From: an uncultured Anaerolineaceae bacterium
GTDB lineage: Bacteria; Chloroflexota; Anaerolineae; Anaerolineales; E44-bin32
Length of the DNA: 46,400 nt
NCBI GenBank assembly: GCA_964448245.1
Contig: CAYUWF010000002.1
Span: 1-46,400, forward strand
Direction of reading: 5' to 3'
The notes under the pieces: model-generated
What the model was told of the DNA's origin: nothing
What the model saw: only the letters and a program-made list of their open reading frames with translations
The model's database searches: none
Program-made: the position numbers and the translations under genes
In this document: positions 32,010 through 42,088 of the stretch, in pieces
Layout of the letters: each line of letters opens with the position of its first letter
Numbering within the stretch: the first letter of the stretch is position 1

Positions 32010-32366
32010 ATTCACGGGGGACCAGCAGATCTTCCCATTGGGCGCTTTGTCGGTGACGCCTTGTTTCAGGTGTGTATCGGAAGAGATGGCGTTCACTTCG
32101 TGTTCGGTCAAGCCGGCACGATTACCATCGGCGGCGGGTGGGAGCTTGTTGACGCATCGGGCGCCCTTGTTGATCAACAGCAGGAGGATGGGGAGCAAAA
32201 GTCGTACCGGCTCCACGACATTCTGAACGCTGACGTTACGGGAAGCAGTATTGATCCCCCACGATCATTCTCTCTGCTGTTCGCCACGGGCCATCGATTG
32301 ACTGTCTACGATGACCTGCCGAACTACGAATCGTTCTCGATCTATCCGGACGGGATTCATATCTGA
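32010..32366 (+). CDS. Cassette hypothetical protein (DUF6188-like) with ATT at the start position
   Basis: AGGAGG at 31997-32002, then ATT-HGGPADLPIGRFVG...HRLTVYDDLPNYESFSI; attC upstream, attC 5' half downstream. Confidence 0.65.
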   Translation: MHGGPADLPIGRFVGDALFQVCIGRDGVHFVFGQAGTITIGGGWELVDASGALVDQQQEDGEQKSYRLHDILNADVTGSSIDPPRSFSLLFATGHRLTVYDDLPNYESFSIYPDGIHI

Positions 32367-32373
32367 CGCATCC

Positions 32374-32402
32374 GCCTAACCCATCGCTTGAGCCGACTCG
32401 CG
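32374..32402 (+). mobile_element. attC 5' half
   Basis: GCCTAAC CCATCGCTTGAGCCGACTCG 7 nt after the stop; no 3' arm nearby. Confidence 0.65.
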
Positions 32403-32403
32403 C

Positions 32404-32523
32404 ATGACTAGCGGGACATGGATCTTCAGCCTGTATCCGAGCGGGATGGGTCCGACTACAACAATGATTGACCTGGCGGAACTCGTAGATGTGCGGATCA
32501 TCGAGTTGAGAGGTGAGAATTGA
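32404..32523 (+). pseudogene. Fragment paralogous to 31223-31324 of the lipoprotein gene
   Basis: GTWIFSLYPSGMGPTTTMIDLAELVDVRIIELRGEN* versus GMWVFSLVPDGIGTTPPIIDLAKLVDGRIITLMG. Confidence 0.75.
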
Positions 32524-32545
32524 TGCTCTCGATGGGAGACGGTCT

Positions 32546-34699
32546 GTGACCCCACCCTCCATTGTGCAGTCCATCCTAACCGATCCCGCTGACGCGCTGA
32601 TCACGCTGCATCGCCTCGCCGACATGGGGAAACAGGATGCCGATGTTGCCGCCCTACAGGAGTCATTGCCGGGGATGCTTGAGATTGCGGGGGAAAACCT
32701 TCTGGCGCGGCTTGCGGAGGCGTACCATCTGATCAGTCGCGGCCAGTCGGATCAGGAATTACTGCTGGTTGGGCTGCGCAAGCTCAGAGCCGGGCTCAGC
32801 GATCCGGGAGCGCAAGCTCTTCACCATGCAAACGAAGCGGCAAGGCTCTACAGCCTATGTGAGCAAGCTATTGAAGCTGAGACGATTGCCGCCATAACGG
32901 ATTTGCTTCCCGCCCTGCAGTCAGTCCGGTCAGAGGACAAGTCATTCGAACTGGCCGATCTGGCTGACACGCTGCATGAACTGATCCCGGCTGCGAAATC
33001 CCTCTTCGCCTATGAGCGGGTGGACTCTACACAAGACCGGTTGGCTTATCTTGCCGCAACCATCGAGCATTTGCACGAAGTCGATCGGAAGGCGCGTGTG
33101 TTGGGCGCGACAGACAGTCCCATTGTCCAGCGAATCGTTGACAGATGGTTGGCGATTGCGACCAGTAGGCTAGGCGATCTCAAGACACGGGCGCAAATCA
33201 CCTGCCAGCTCGTGACCCACCGCACGTGGCAAAGCGACTCGATCACGTTGGCTCTGCGTCTTCACAACCAAGGACATGGCACCGCCCTGAACCTGCGGGT
33301 GAGCCTTTCTGAAGATCCGGGATATTCGCTGCTGGACGGGGTTGTCATCGTGGACCGGCTTGTGGCGGGCGACGAGATACAGGTTGAACTGCGCCTCCGG
33401 CCCCGCCAGGAACCGGGGGGGACGCACTTCCGGGCACGCTTTATCGTCCTGTACGATGATCTGCGCGGGTCAAACCAGGTCGAGCACTACGCAGACTTGG
33501 TTCACCTTGTTGCTCCGGAAGGCGCGTTCCAGTTCATCCCGAATCCATACGTCATCGGCACGCCGCTCAAGATGGGATCGCCGCTCTTTTTCGGACGTGA
33601 AGATGTGTTTTCCTTCATCCAGGAAAACTTTGCTGCCGCGCATCACAACAATCTCGTGCTGATCGGCCAGCGCCGCACCGGCAAGTCATCGTTGCTCAAA
33701 CAGCTTCCGTTACGCCTGGGTGAGGGCTATGTCCCGGTCTACCTTGACGGGCAGAGCATCGCCCTCGACCCTGGCTTGCCGGCCTTCTTCTTGAATCTCG
33801 CCATGGAGATCAGTTACGCGCTGGAAGATCGTGGGGTGTCTTTCGAAGCCCCCAGTCTGAGCGACTTCGCCGAGCGGCCCGCCTATCACTTTGAGCGAAG
33901 CTTTCTTCGCCGGGTGCGGAAAGCCATCGGCGACCGACATCTGACGCTGCTCTTGGATGAATTCGAGGAGCTGGGATCCGCCGTGCGACGCGGCACCTTG
34001 GATGACTCGGTCTTCGGCTTCCTGCGCCATCTAATCCAGCACGGTGAGGGGATTAGCATGATTTTTTGTGGCACGCACCGACTGGAAGAGCTGCCGACCG
34101 ACTACTGGAGCGTTCTGCTTAACGTAAGTCTTTACAGACATATCGGGTTCCTGACCTACCCGGAGGCGGTCGGCCTGATCCAGGATCCGGTTGCCCCCTT
34201 TGGCTTGCGCTACGATGACCTGGCGTTAGATAAGATCTGGCACGTCACCTCAGGCCACCCGTACTTCTTGCAGCTGCTCTGCCACAGTCTCGTCAATCAC
34301 CACAATCGCTCACAGCGCAGCTACGTGACCGTAGCCGACGTCAACGCGGCTCTGGACGAAATCATGGCTACCGGGGAAGCACACTTCGCCCACCTGTGGA
34401 CCGAATCCACCAGCGAAGAGCGTCTGATCCTGACGGCGCTCAGCCGGATGATGACGCTCACCGGGCGGGTCACGCCGGCGCAGGTAAGCGACTATCTCGC
34501 CGAGCGAGGCATCGCCCTGGACCGTCAGACAATCGGTAACACGCTTCACCGCCTGACCCTGCGCGATATTCTTGCAGCCAAGGCGGGCAGCGGTGGGATC
34601 GAGTTCGATGGCTCCTACCGCTGGCAGCTGGGCCTGCTGGGCCTGTGGGTAGAAAAGTACAAGTCGCTGGGTCGCCTGCGTGAGGAAACCCGTCCATGA
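32546..34699 (+). CDS. STAND/AAA ATPase with helical and Ig/CARDB-like N-terminal domains
   Basis: LHNQGHGTALNLRV, NPYVIG..FFGRE, GQRRTGKS, LLLDEFE, SGHPYFLQ; start uncertain, may be 5'-truncated. Confidence 0.85.
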   Translation: MTPPSIVQSILTDPADALITLHRLADMGKQDADVAALQESLPGMLEIAGENLLARLAEAYHLISRGQSDQELLLVGLRKLRAGLSDPGAQALHHANEAARLYSLCEQAIEAETIAAITDLLPALQSVRSEDKSFELADLADTLHELIPAAKSLFAYERVDSTQDRLAYLAATIEHLHEVDRKARVLGATDSPIVQRIVDRWLAIATSRLGDLKTRAQITCQLVTHRTWQSDSITLALRLHNQGHGTALNLRVSLSEDPGYSLLDGVVIVDRLVAGDEIQVELRLRPRQEPGGTHFRARFIVLYDDLRGSNQVEHYADLVHLVAPEGAFQFIPNPYVIGTPLKMGSPLFFGREDVFSFIQENFAAAHHNNLVLIGQRRTGKSSLLKQLPLRLGEGYVPVYLDGQSIALDPGLPAFFLNLAMEISYALEDRGVSFEAPSLSDFAERPAYHFERSFLRRVRKAIGDRHLTLLLDEFEELGSAVRRGTLDDSVFGFLRHLIQHGEGISMIFCGTHRLEELPTDYWSVLLNVSLYRHIGFLTYPEAVGLIQDPVAPFGLRYDDLALDKIWHVTSGHPYFLQLLCHSLVNHHNRSQRSYVTVADVNAALDEIMATGEAHFAHLWTESTSEERLILTALSRMMTLTGRVTPAQVSDYLAERGIALDRQTIGNTLHRLTLRDILAAKAGSGGIEFDGSYRWQLGLLGLWVEKYKSLGRLREETRP

Positions 34700-35730
34700 G
34701 CAATCCTCATAGCCGCCGCGCCTCGATGGACGATTCCAGGATGTTCTTTGGGCGGGATCAGGAACTCAACGAGATCGCTGCCTTTCTCCGTGGCGACCAG
34801 TCGGTTTCGCTTGTTGGGCCGCGCAAGATCGGCAAGTCAAGCCTGTTGCTCCATCTGATGCGCCCTGAAATCGGCGGTGCGCTGGGGATAGGTGCCGAAA
34901 ACCTGCTGGTCTATCTCGACGGTGAGGCGTTCAGCACGGCGCGGCATGACCGAATCTTCTCGCACTTCTGCACAGAGATGACCGCGGCTCTCAATGCACG
35001 CGGCGCAGACCCGGAACCCGCCCTGGCAGCCGCAATCGCCAACCCAACTCGCATCAACTTTGAGGGCGCGGTGCGGCGACTCAACCAGCATGGCGTGAGG
35101 GTGGTTTTGATCCTGGATCAGTTTGAGGGGCTGAGCGTCAATCCACATCTGGATTTGAAGTTCTTCAACGGGCTGCGCTCGGCGGCAGGACGTTACCAGC
35201 TTGTCTTCCTGACCGCATCCGCCCGCCCCCTCATCGAGCTGACTCACTCCAATCGCCCGATGGAGATTCTCTCCAGTCCGTTTTTCAACATCTTTGCGCC
35301 ATCGTGTGTCGGGCTGCTGAAAGAAGAGGAATCCCGTGGCCTGATTCGTACGCGATTGCAGGCAGTCGACATGCCCGTGACACCCGCCCTTGAAGACTTC
35401 GTCTATGATCTGGTTGGCGGCCATCCACTGGGCCTGCAGGCCGCCTGCCTCCATGCGCAGGAAGGTCCCCATGATTTCGCCGAGATCGAGCGCCGGACGC
35501 TACAAGAACTGCAACTGCATTTCGACGTCTGCTGGCACGACCTCGACGCTGTTGAGCAAAATAGCCTGTTCCATCTCTCCGATGCAGTTCTGAGGGAGTC
35601 AGGCGATGCCACTGTCCGCGTCGCGCTGCGCGATCTGGTGCAGAAATGCCTGCTTGTACGCGGCCAGGGGTTGTATCGGTACCCATCGAGGGCGTGGGCA
35701 GAATTTATAGCGGCGCAGGCAGCAGGATGA
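34696..35730 (+). CDS. STAND/AAA ATPase, paralog of 23281 lacking the winged helix
   Basis: FFGR, GPRKIGKS, LILDQFE, LSSPFFNIFAP (identical in 23281), GGHP; ATGA overlap with the upstream gene. Confidence 0.85.
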   Translation: MSNPHSRRASMDDSRMFFGRDQELNEIAAFLRGDQSVSLVGPRKIGKSSLLLHLMRPEIGGALGIGAENLLVYLDGEAFSTARHDRIFSHFCTEMTAALNARGADPEPALAAAIANPTRINFEGAVRRLNQHGVRVVLILDQFEGLSVNPHLDLKFFNGLRSAAGRYQLVFLTASARPLIELTHSNRPMEILSSPFFNIFAPSCVGLLKEEESRGLIRTRLQAVDMPVTPALEDFVYDLVGGHPLGLQAACLHAQEGPHDFAEIERRTLQELQLHFDVCWHDLDAVEQNSLFHLSDAVLRESGDATVRVALRDLVQKCLLVRGQGLYRYPSRAWAEFIAAQAAG

Positions 35731-35991
35731 TGGCGTTCCGCCTACGTAGACTGAGTCCAAGGGGCCCATTGTCATGAGGCGAAGAGCTATTGGCGCATCG
35801 GGACTTGTTCTGGCGATTGCGTCCATACCGCTACTTCCATTCCTGGTAGGGACTGTGATCAATGAAAGAAATAGCGGAGCACCAGGGCCCTTGCTGTTCA
35901 ACGCATGGCTAGTCCTGCACCTCCCCGCAGACACCGACAGCCGGCCTTGGCCGGAAGATGCTTCTGCACCTGATCCAACAGGAGCGGAACC

Positions 35992-38073
35992 GTGAACGAC
36001 TGTCTTTTTGTTTTCCTTGTTGTTACGTTAGGGTTCGGTGGGTTGTTTGGGTTCGTGTATCTCATCGCGCGGAGCAATGAAGCCCAAGCGCGAACTGGGG
36101 AACCTTCTTGGTTAATCCGAGTGACCGGCATTGTTGTTTTCGGAGCACTGGCAGTCAGCGGCCTGAGTGACATCGAGCCTATGTTTCTCATGTTTCTTGT
36201 GCTGGGGTTGTTGGTCCTAGCTTGGTTTGTGGTGCGCACCCGCAAAGCATGGTCGCTGGACAAACATGACCGCGAAGCGGCCGCGCCAATGGTCCTCAAC
36301 GACGACGCGCTTCCGGGGCCGCCTTATCCCTCCTTGATGCAGACCCTCCTTTCCAAAGCCCTACCTCAATGGCGGGGCCAACCCCAAAAAGGCGGATCAA
36401 TGGAACACAAGTCAGAACAAGGCATTACGAACTGGCAGTGGGTAGGAAAGCCGGAACGAATAGGGATTGCGCTCGTGACCCTTTTCACAGGTGTATTGTG
36501 TTGGGGAGCGCCCACCCCGTCGCCGGTTGCCACGTTGCCGGCCAACCCCAATACGTTTCGGATTGTCGCCGAGAGCGAGGTCCAATCGCTGCAAGACGCC
36601 GGCATTCTGGACGATTTCACCCAAGAGACGGGCATCAAGCTAGAGATCGCCTATTGGGGGCCAGTTGACATCAGGAACGCCGTCAGCAGCCTCAGTGAGG
36701 ATAACCCCAAGACGGTCGATGCCTATTGGCCTGGCAGCTCTCTTTGGCTTCCCGGCTCCTCCGGTGTTGAGCCAGTATCGGTCATGAAAACCTACGTGGT
36801 TCTCGCCGTCGATCCGGAGTCCGCCAGGGAGCTTGGGTGGGACACACACAAAGGTATTACCGCGGCTGACCTGGTCGACGGTGTTCGGTCTGGCAAGATC
36901 AATCTCGCCATGACTTCAGCCTCCCAGAGCACTCCCGGCGCGACCTTCTACCTGGCGATGTATACTGCCCTCACCGACAAACGCGTCCTTACCTCCGAAG
37001 ACCTGGAGGATCCGCAGGTGTTCGACGACCTCAAAGCCATGCTGGCAGGCGTTGAGCGCTCCGCCGGCAGCCTTGACCATCTCAAGCAGGTCTTCGTGGA
37101 CGACAAAGTGTCCGGGGCGAACCGCTTCAACGCCATTGTGATCTACGAGAGCCTCGCCATCGAGATGAATAGGGAGCTTGTCGCCCAGGGTCGGCCGCCC
37201 ATGACCATCTTCTATGTGACGGGCGCGACGGCCGTCGCCGACGTTCCCATTCGCTTTGTAGACAACGGGGATGACAGCCGCCGAGAACAGTACGACCAGC
37301 TCGTTGGCTTTCTCACCAGGCCGGATATCCAGCAGAAGATTCAGGCGCTTGGCTGGCGCACCAACCCCATTGGAATGGTCCTTGAGAACGCCGATCTCTC
37401 TGAGTTCAATCCCGACTGGGGAATCAATACCACCACCGAGTTTCGGGAAATGGTCTTCCCCAAGCCATTCGTGGCTCTCGCCGCGCTCAACCAGTATCAG
37501 AGCCTCTTCCGCAAGCCCAGCTTTACCGTGTACTGCCTTGACTACTCCGCCAGTATGGAAAGCAATGGCGGCCGGGAGCAGATGATTGATGCGATGGATC
37601 TACTGCTCGATCAGGAGCGCGCCTCGGAGGTGTTGCTGCAAGCTACGCCACAGGATGTGACTGTGGTCTATGGCTTTTCGGACATGACAGTACAAATTGG
37701 TAACGCGCTCGAAGGCAACGATCCAGGAGCGCTCAAAGCACTTTCGACTCTGATTACGACTAGGGGCACCGGTAGCGGCACGGCCTTGTTCGATTGCGTC
37801 AAAGCCGCCCTGGCCTACATCGCCGACCGCGACAATCCCAAATACGGCTACTCCGTCATCGCCATGACCGACGGTCAGTCCAATACAGGAGCGACAGCCA
37901 CTGATTTTGAGAACTACTACAGGGGTCAGAACCTCAACATCCCTGTCTACGGTATCGCTTTTGGCTCGGCTGACGTTTCTCAGATGAGTGTGTTCGTCAA
38001 CACGGGCGGGGCCGTTTACGACGGTCGTCTGGATGTGGCGGCCGCCTTCCGCCAGGCGAAGGGCAACAACTGA
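35992..38073 (+). CDS. Substrate-binding domain plus vWA domain protein
   Basis: SBP region (DAYWPGSSLW, AMTSASQSTPG, IYES) and MIDAS DYSAS...TALFD...MTDG; true start may be ATG 36400. Confidence 0.85.
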   Translation: MNDCLFVFLVVTLGFGGLFGFVYLIARSNEAQARTGEPSWLIRVTGIVVFGALAVSGLSDIEPMFLMFLVLGLLVLAWFVVRTRKAWSLDKHDREAAAPMVLNDDALPGPPYPSLMQTLLSKALPQWRGQPQKGGSMEHKSEQGITNWQWVGKPERIGIALVTLFTGVLCWGAPTPSPVATLPANPNTFRIVAESEVQSLQDAGILDDFTQETGIKLEIAYWGPVDIRNAVSSLSEDNPKTVDAYWPGSSLWLPGSSGVEPVSVMKTYVVLAVDPESARELGWDTHKGITAADLVDGVRSGKINLAMTSASQSTPGATFYLAMYTALTDKRVLTSEDLEDPQVFDDLKAMLAGVERSAGSLDHLKQVFVDDKVSGANRFNAIVIYESLAIEMNRELVAQGRPPMTIFYVTGATAVADVPIRFVDNGDDSRREQYDQLVGFLTRPDIQQKIQALGWRTNPIGMVLENADLSEFNPDWGINTTTEFREMVFPKPFVALAALNQYQSLFRKPSFTVYCLDYSASMESNGGREQMIDAMDLLLDQERASEVLLQATPQDVTVVYGFSDMTVQIGNALEGNDPGALKALSTLITTRGTGSGTALFDCVKAALAYIADRDNPKYGYSVIAMTDGQSNTGATATDFENYYRGQNLNIPVYGIAFGSADVSQMSVFVNTGGAVYDGRLDVAAAFRQAKGNN

Positions 38074-38086
38074 AGGTATCGTCACG

Positions 38087-38758
38087 ATGCGAGACGAGAG
38101 TCGGCGCCTCACGAGAAAGGAAGCTGTTGCCCTTGGAATAGGCATTGTCGTGGTGATCATCGTTGCTCTCATCACCACGCGCACTCGCCCGCTTCTATTT
38201 CCTGTTAGCTTCCTCCTGAGCCTTACGCTCGGCGCCATGGCCGCCTATGGGGCTCTCAAGCTTCTGGATCCCCGGACCCCGACGGACTTGCTTGAACACG
38301 AGATGAGCGCCAAGTTCCGCTTGATGCTCGAGCAGCTTCAGGAGATTGCCTCCAGAACCGAGCAGGCGAGCCGCAACGGCCGTCTCAACGCGGAGACATC
38401 CGGCCGCCTGGCAGGCATCGCTTCCTGTATGGGCATGATCGCGCGGCGTTATCAGGAGCGATCGCGTGACTTCGCAGGGGCCTCCTCGGCGCTCCTAATT
38501 TTCCAGGAATTCGACAGGGTTCTGGCCCACTATCTCAGGATCAAATCGGGCGAGCAGTTTCTGGATCAGGATACGAAACGGACGGAAATCGCCCAGACGG
38601 AAACCCGGATACTCCCGATTGTCGAAACTGCGCTGGAAACCTTGGGCAGGCAGCTCGACTCCGGCCAGGTCGTCGACAAGAAGATATCCGAAGGCACCCT
38701 GGAAAGTATGTTGCAATCGCTCAACCTGATTGAGTCCTTGAAAGATCACATAGGGTAG
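38087..38758 (+). CDS. XpaC-like (5-bromo-4-chloroindolyl phosphate hydrolysis family) membrane protein
   Basis: Two TM helices plus a helical domain; position in a telA operon. Assignment is mostly contextual. Confidence 0.55.
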   Translation: MRDESRRLTRKEAVALGIGIVVVIIVALITTRTRPLLFPVSFLLSLTLGAMAAYGALKLLDPRTPTDLLEHEMSAKFRLMLEQLQEIASRTEQASRNGRLNAETSGRLAGIASCMGMIARRYQERSRDFAGASSALLIFQEFDRVLAHYLRIKSGEQFLDQDTKRTEIAQTETRILPIVETALETLGRQLDSGQVVDKKISEGTLESMLQSLNLIESLKDHIG

Positions 38759-38783
38759 CCACCGCAGACCGAGGAGATTGGCC

Positions 38784-39917
38784 ATGACGGGTAGAAGGAA
38801 TGTCATTACCGGGATCGTGCTGCTGGCTGTGGTTGCCGCCGCGGTCAGACTGCTCATACCACCGCCGCCTCCCACCCCCACGCCGACTCCCGCCCCCACG
38901 CCGACTCCCGCCCCCACGCCCACGCCGACTTCTACTTCCTATACCGAATTGAATGTCTTCGGTGGGTATCGCTTCTTCGAAGATGAAGAAATCATGGCGA
39001 TCTTGCATGACAGGTATGCGATTGATGTAGTCGGTGAGTTCCGCAAGGGCACATTTGACATGTCCACCGACTACGTAGACGAGGATTGCATCTTTCCGGG
39101 CAGCAAGACCGGAATCGACAATTTTGAAGCCGAGCACCCCGACGTGATCCGGCGATCGGAGGCGGTCTTTCAAGCTCCCATTACCGTCTATACCTGGAAG
39201 GAGTTCCTGCCCTCACTGGAACAGGCCGACCTTGTTTTCACTAGGGATGGCGTCTATTTCCTGCGTATGAAGCCTCTGATCGACGCCATGCACGAAGACA
39301 AGCAGTGGCTTGACCTGGGAGTTGATATTCCGGGATACGTGAACGTGGAATCGACCGATCCGCTCGAGAGTTCAAGCGGAATGATCTGGCTGGCGCTCAT
39401 GGCAAGCTATCTGGTGCCAGGCAACGAGACGGGTGGCAGGGTGGTGACATTGGATGATCTCATTGACAATGACATCCTACCGGTGTTGCGCAAGTATTGG
39501 GAGAACCAGGGTAACCAAACCATCACCACCGGGAAACTGTTCCCCAGATTCATCACGACGGGCGCAGGGATGCCGATGATTGTTGCTTATGAAAACAGCT
39601 TTATTGGCTGGTACGAAGCGTTACCTGACGACCAGAAACCACAGGCAGATCGAATCGTGGGTATTTACCCTCAAGTGACGATCAGTACCGAACACAGTCT
39701 GGCCTCTCTCACTCCCGCCTGCGACCAACTTCTCGAAATGTTCATGACCGACGCCGAGATTCAGCGACTGGCTTGGAACAACTATGGGATGCGCAACATC
39801 GCCGGGGGTATCGGCGCCCGCCCGGGTAGCGCTAGCTGGATCGCCGTAACCGTCCCCTATGTCCCGGAGCCAAAGACAGATGTGACCGACGCCCTCGAGG
39901 CGGAATTGAGCCGGTAG
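38784..39917 (+). CDS. Membrane-anchored extracellular solute-binding protein
   Basis: GAGGAG RBS, TM, Pro/Thr linker (18-bp tandem repeats), STDPLESSSG, PMIVAYEN. Confidence 0.75.
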   Translation: MTGRRNVITGIVLLAVVAAAVRLLIPPPPPTPTPTPAPTPTPAPTPTPTSTSYTELNVFGGYRFFEDEEIMAILHDRYAIDVVGEFRKGTFDMSTDYVDEDCIFPGSKTGIDNFEAEHPDVIRRSEAVFQAPITVYTWKEFLPSLEQADLVFTRDGVYFLRMKPLIDAMHEDKQWLDLGVDIPGYVNVESTDPLESSSGMIWLALMASYLVPGNETGGRVVTLDDLIDNDILPVLRKYWENQGNQTITTGKLFPRFITTGAGMPMIVAYENSFIGWYEALPDDQKPQADRIVGIYPQVTISTEHSLASLTPACDQLLEMFMTDAEIQRLAWNNYGMRNIAGGIGARPGSASWIAVTVPYVPEPKTDVTDALEAELSR

Positions 39918-39954
39918 CTCAGTCCCTTTCAGCTTCCAATAGAAAGGCAAACCC

Positions 39955-41142
39955 ATGGCTGACGCAATGGTAGATCCCAAAGAGGCGAACAGCATTGTCA
40001 CGATGCAGCAATACTCCAAGGAGATCAAGAGGTCGCCTGCTCTCCCGCCATTGTCGGATAAGGACATGGCCCGCGCCCGGGAGCTGTCCAGAGCCCTGAT
40101 CCGTACGGAAGACCAGTTGGACGACATCGTCCTCTTTGGCAGCGACGCCCACAACGCCGTAGCGCAAATCACGAGAGACATGCTACGCGGAGTCCGGGTC
40201 AATGCCATGGACGATGTGATCCACATATCGGATCACGCTCTGGTTCAGATCAACGCGCTCGACCTGGGAGAGCTCACCCCCGCGGCCCGTCGCTACCTTC
40301 TCGTTCTCCGGGAATCCACCGCGGCCATCAGGCATCGGATCGAAAAGTTCTTCAGGGGTTACGAGCTGGTCAATTCTCGGTTGGAATCCCTGGTTGCAGA
40401 AATCCTTGGCAAGGAGACGGAGTCAACCAAGCGCTACTATGCAGATGTTGAGCTCGAAAAGGGGACCTTCGATGTCATGCTCGACGCACGCATCAAGCTG
40501 GCAGCCATCCGGCTCTTTCTGAATGGCGACTATGGTTACGTGGAATGGGATCGCCGCCAGAAGCTGGTGGCGGAGGAACAGGCCGCGGCCGGGCGCGAGA
40601 CTCGTTCGGTGGACTTCGTGATTGTGGCGGCGGCTGAGCGTTACGCGAAGTACATTGAGCGCCTGGAGATGAAAGGCGCCTCGCTTTCGCAGGCGATTCT
40701 CTCGGCCTACCAGACAGGCGTCACCATCCGCTTGATGCGCGAGAATGAGAACATCATTCGCCAGAAGCTGGTCGAAGTTCGCACCGAGCTCGTCCCGCAA
40801 TGGCGTACGCTCATCGCCATCGCCTACAGCGCCTATCAACAACGGGGCATTGCTGCCTTCGTGGGCCGAGTCCGGGACGCTGAAAGTGAATTGCGTAAGA
40901 AGGTTGGTGAGCAACTGGAAATGGCAACCAACGGCGTGGCCGATATGGTCACCCAGCAAACCTTCGAACCCGAGGCCATGGTCTACTACCACGATAAGCT
41001 GGTAAAGTCGCTCGAAACGCTGAAGAGCGCTTCGATTGAGGCCAGGAAGATCCGCAGCGCCGCCGAGGCATTTACCGAAGAGTACATTGCGAAACTGGGA
41101 GAAGCCGTCGTTGCGACTTCTCTACGCGCTCAGCAAGACTAG
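39955..41142 (+). CDS. TelA/KlaA toxic anion resistance family protein
   Basis: IVLFGSDA, all-helical body, IRLMRENENII...LVPQWRTLI motif. Confidence 0.75.
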   Translation: MADAMVDPKEANSIVTMQQYSKEIKRSPALPPLSDKDMARARELSRALIRTEDQLDDIVLFGSDAHNAVAQITRDMLRGVRVNAMDDVIHISDHALVQINALDLGELTPAARRYLLVLRESTAAIRHRIEKFFRGYELVNSRLESLVAEILGKETESTKRYYADVELEKGTFDVMLDARIKLAAIRLFLNGDYGYVEWDRRQKLVAEEQAAAGRETRSVDFVIVAAAERYAKYIERLEMKGASLSQAILSAYQTGVTIRLMRENENIIRQKLVEVRTELVPQWRTLIAIAYSAYQQRGIAAFVGRVRDAESELRKKVGEQLEMATNGVADMVTQQTFEPEAMVYYHDKLVKSLETLKSASIEARKIRSAAEAFTEEYIAKLGEAVVATSLRAQQD

Positions 41143-41157
41143 CTCGGTGGTCCAGAA

Positions 41158-41821
41158 GTGACTGCGCTGCAATTGAAAAGGAGCATTGGTAGAGTGGCCT
41201 CCAGATGGCGGGGATCCTCTCCAGCAGACATGGCATCGTTGAGCTGTGGGACGGACCTCGCAGGAGCCTACCACAACCGCGGGTTAGCCTATCTCAGCAA
41301 GGGTGACTACGACCGCGCAATCGCCGACCTCGACAAGGCCATTCAACTCGGCCCAGGCGGCGCAGATGCCTACAACAACCGCGGATGTGCCCGCGGCAAC
41401 AAGCGCGACTACGACCTGGCCATCGCCGACTTCGACAAAGCCATCCAACTCAAGCCGGATCTCGCACGAGCCTACTTCAACCGCGGATATACCAACGGCT
41501 TGAAGGTAGACCACGACCTAGCCATCGCCGACTTCGACAATGCCATCCAACTCAAGCCAGATTGCGCAGAAGCCTACAAGAAACCGCGGAACTGCCTTCC
41601 ACAGCAAGGGCGACCACGATCGGGCCATCGCGGACTTCGACATCGCCATCCCGCTCAAGCCAGACGAGGCAGTGGTCTACTTCAACCGCGGGCTGGCACT
41701 TGCCATGAAGCGAGATAAAGATAATGCCATTGCCGATTTCAAAAAGGCTTTGGCATTGAGCAGTGACTCAAATCTGCGGCAGGCCGCGGAGAAGGGCTTG
41801 CGCGAGTGGGCGCCGGGGTGA
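41158..41821 (+). pseudogene. TPR protein with a one-base frameshift
   Basis: 102-bp repeats AYxNRG...AIADFDKAIQLKPD; an extra base in TACAAGAAACCGC near 41580 splits it into two ORFs. Confidence 0.8.
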
Positions 41822-42005
41822 TCAAGGCGGCCGGTGTAGGCCCGAGACTAGTCAGCGCTGCGTGGCGCGCCTCCGCGAAGCCGCCTGCCTTGGAACAGAA
41901 GACGGCGGCGATCGGCAAGCATATGCCGTGGGAGGGCCTTGCTGCCGTCCTTTGGGGCAGCGGTGACTGTCGGGATGCGGGGATTCGAAGCTGAGGCTGA
42001 GCGGA

Positions 42006-42088
42006 AAGAGGCTGCCCACAGCGCTGGATCAGGGGGAATACGTGATTGCCAACGTGCGCCGCAGGGACATATCCTGAACCTCAAATAG
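42006..42088 (+). pseudogene. 3' remnant of a paralog of the winged-helix regulator
   Basis: KRLPTALDQGEYVIANVR/QGHILNLK* versus KRLRSALGQAGEAIVTVRGQGYVLNLK*. Confidence 0.8.

Noticed and set aside
38875-38930. 18-bp tandem repeats, and similar ones at 30745-30815
   Set aside because: They simply encode Pro/Thr linkers.
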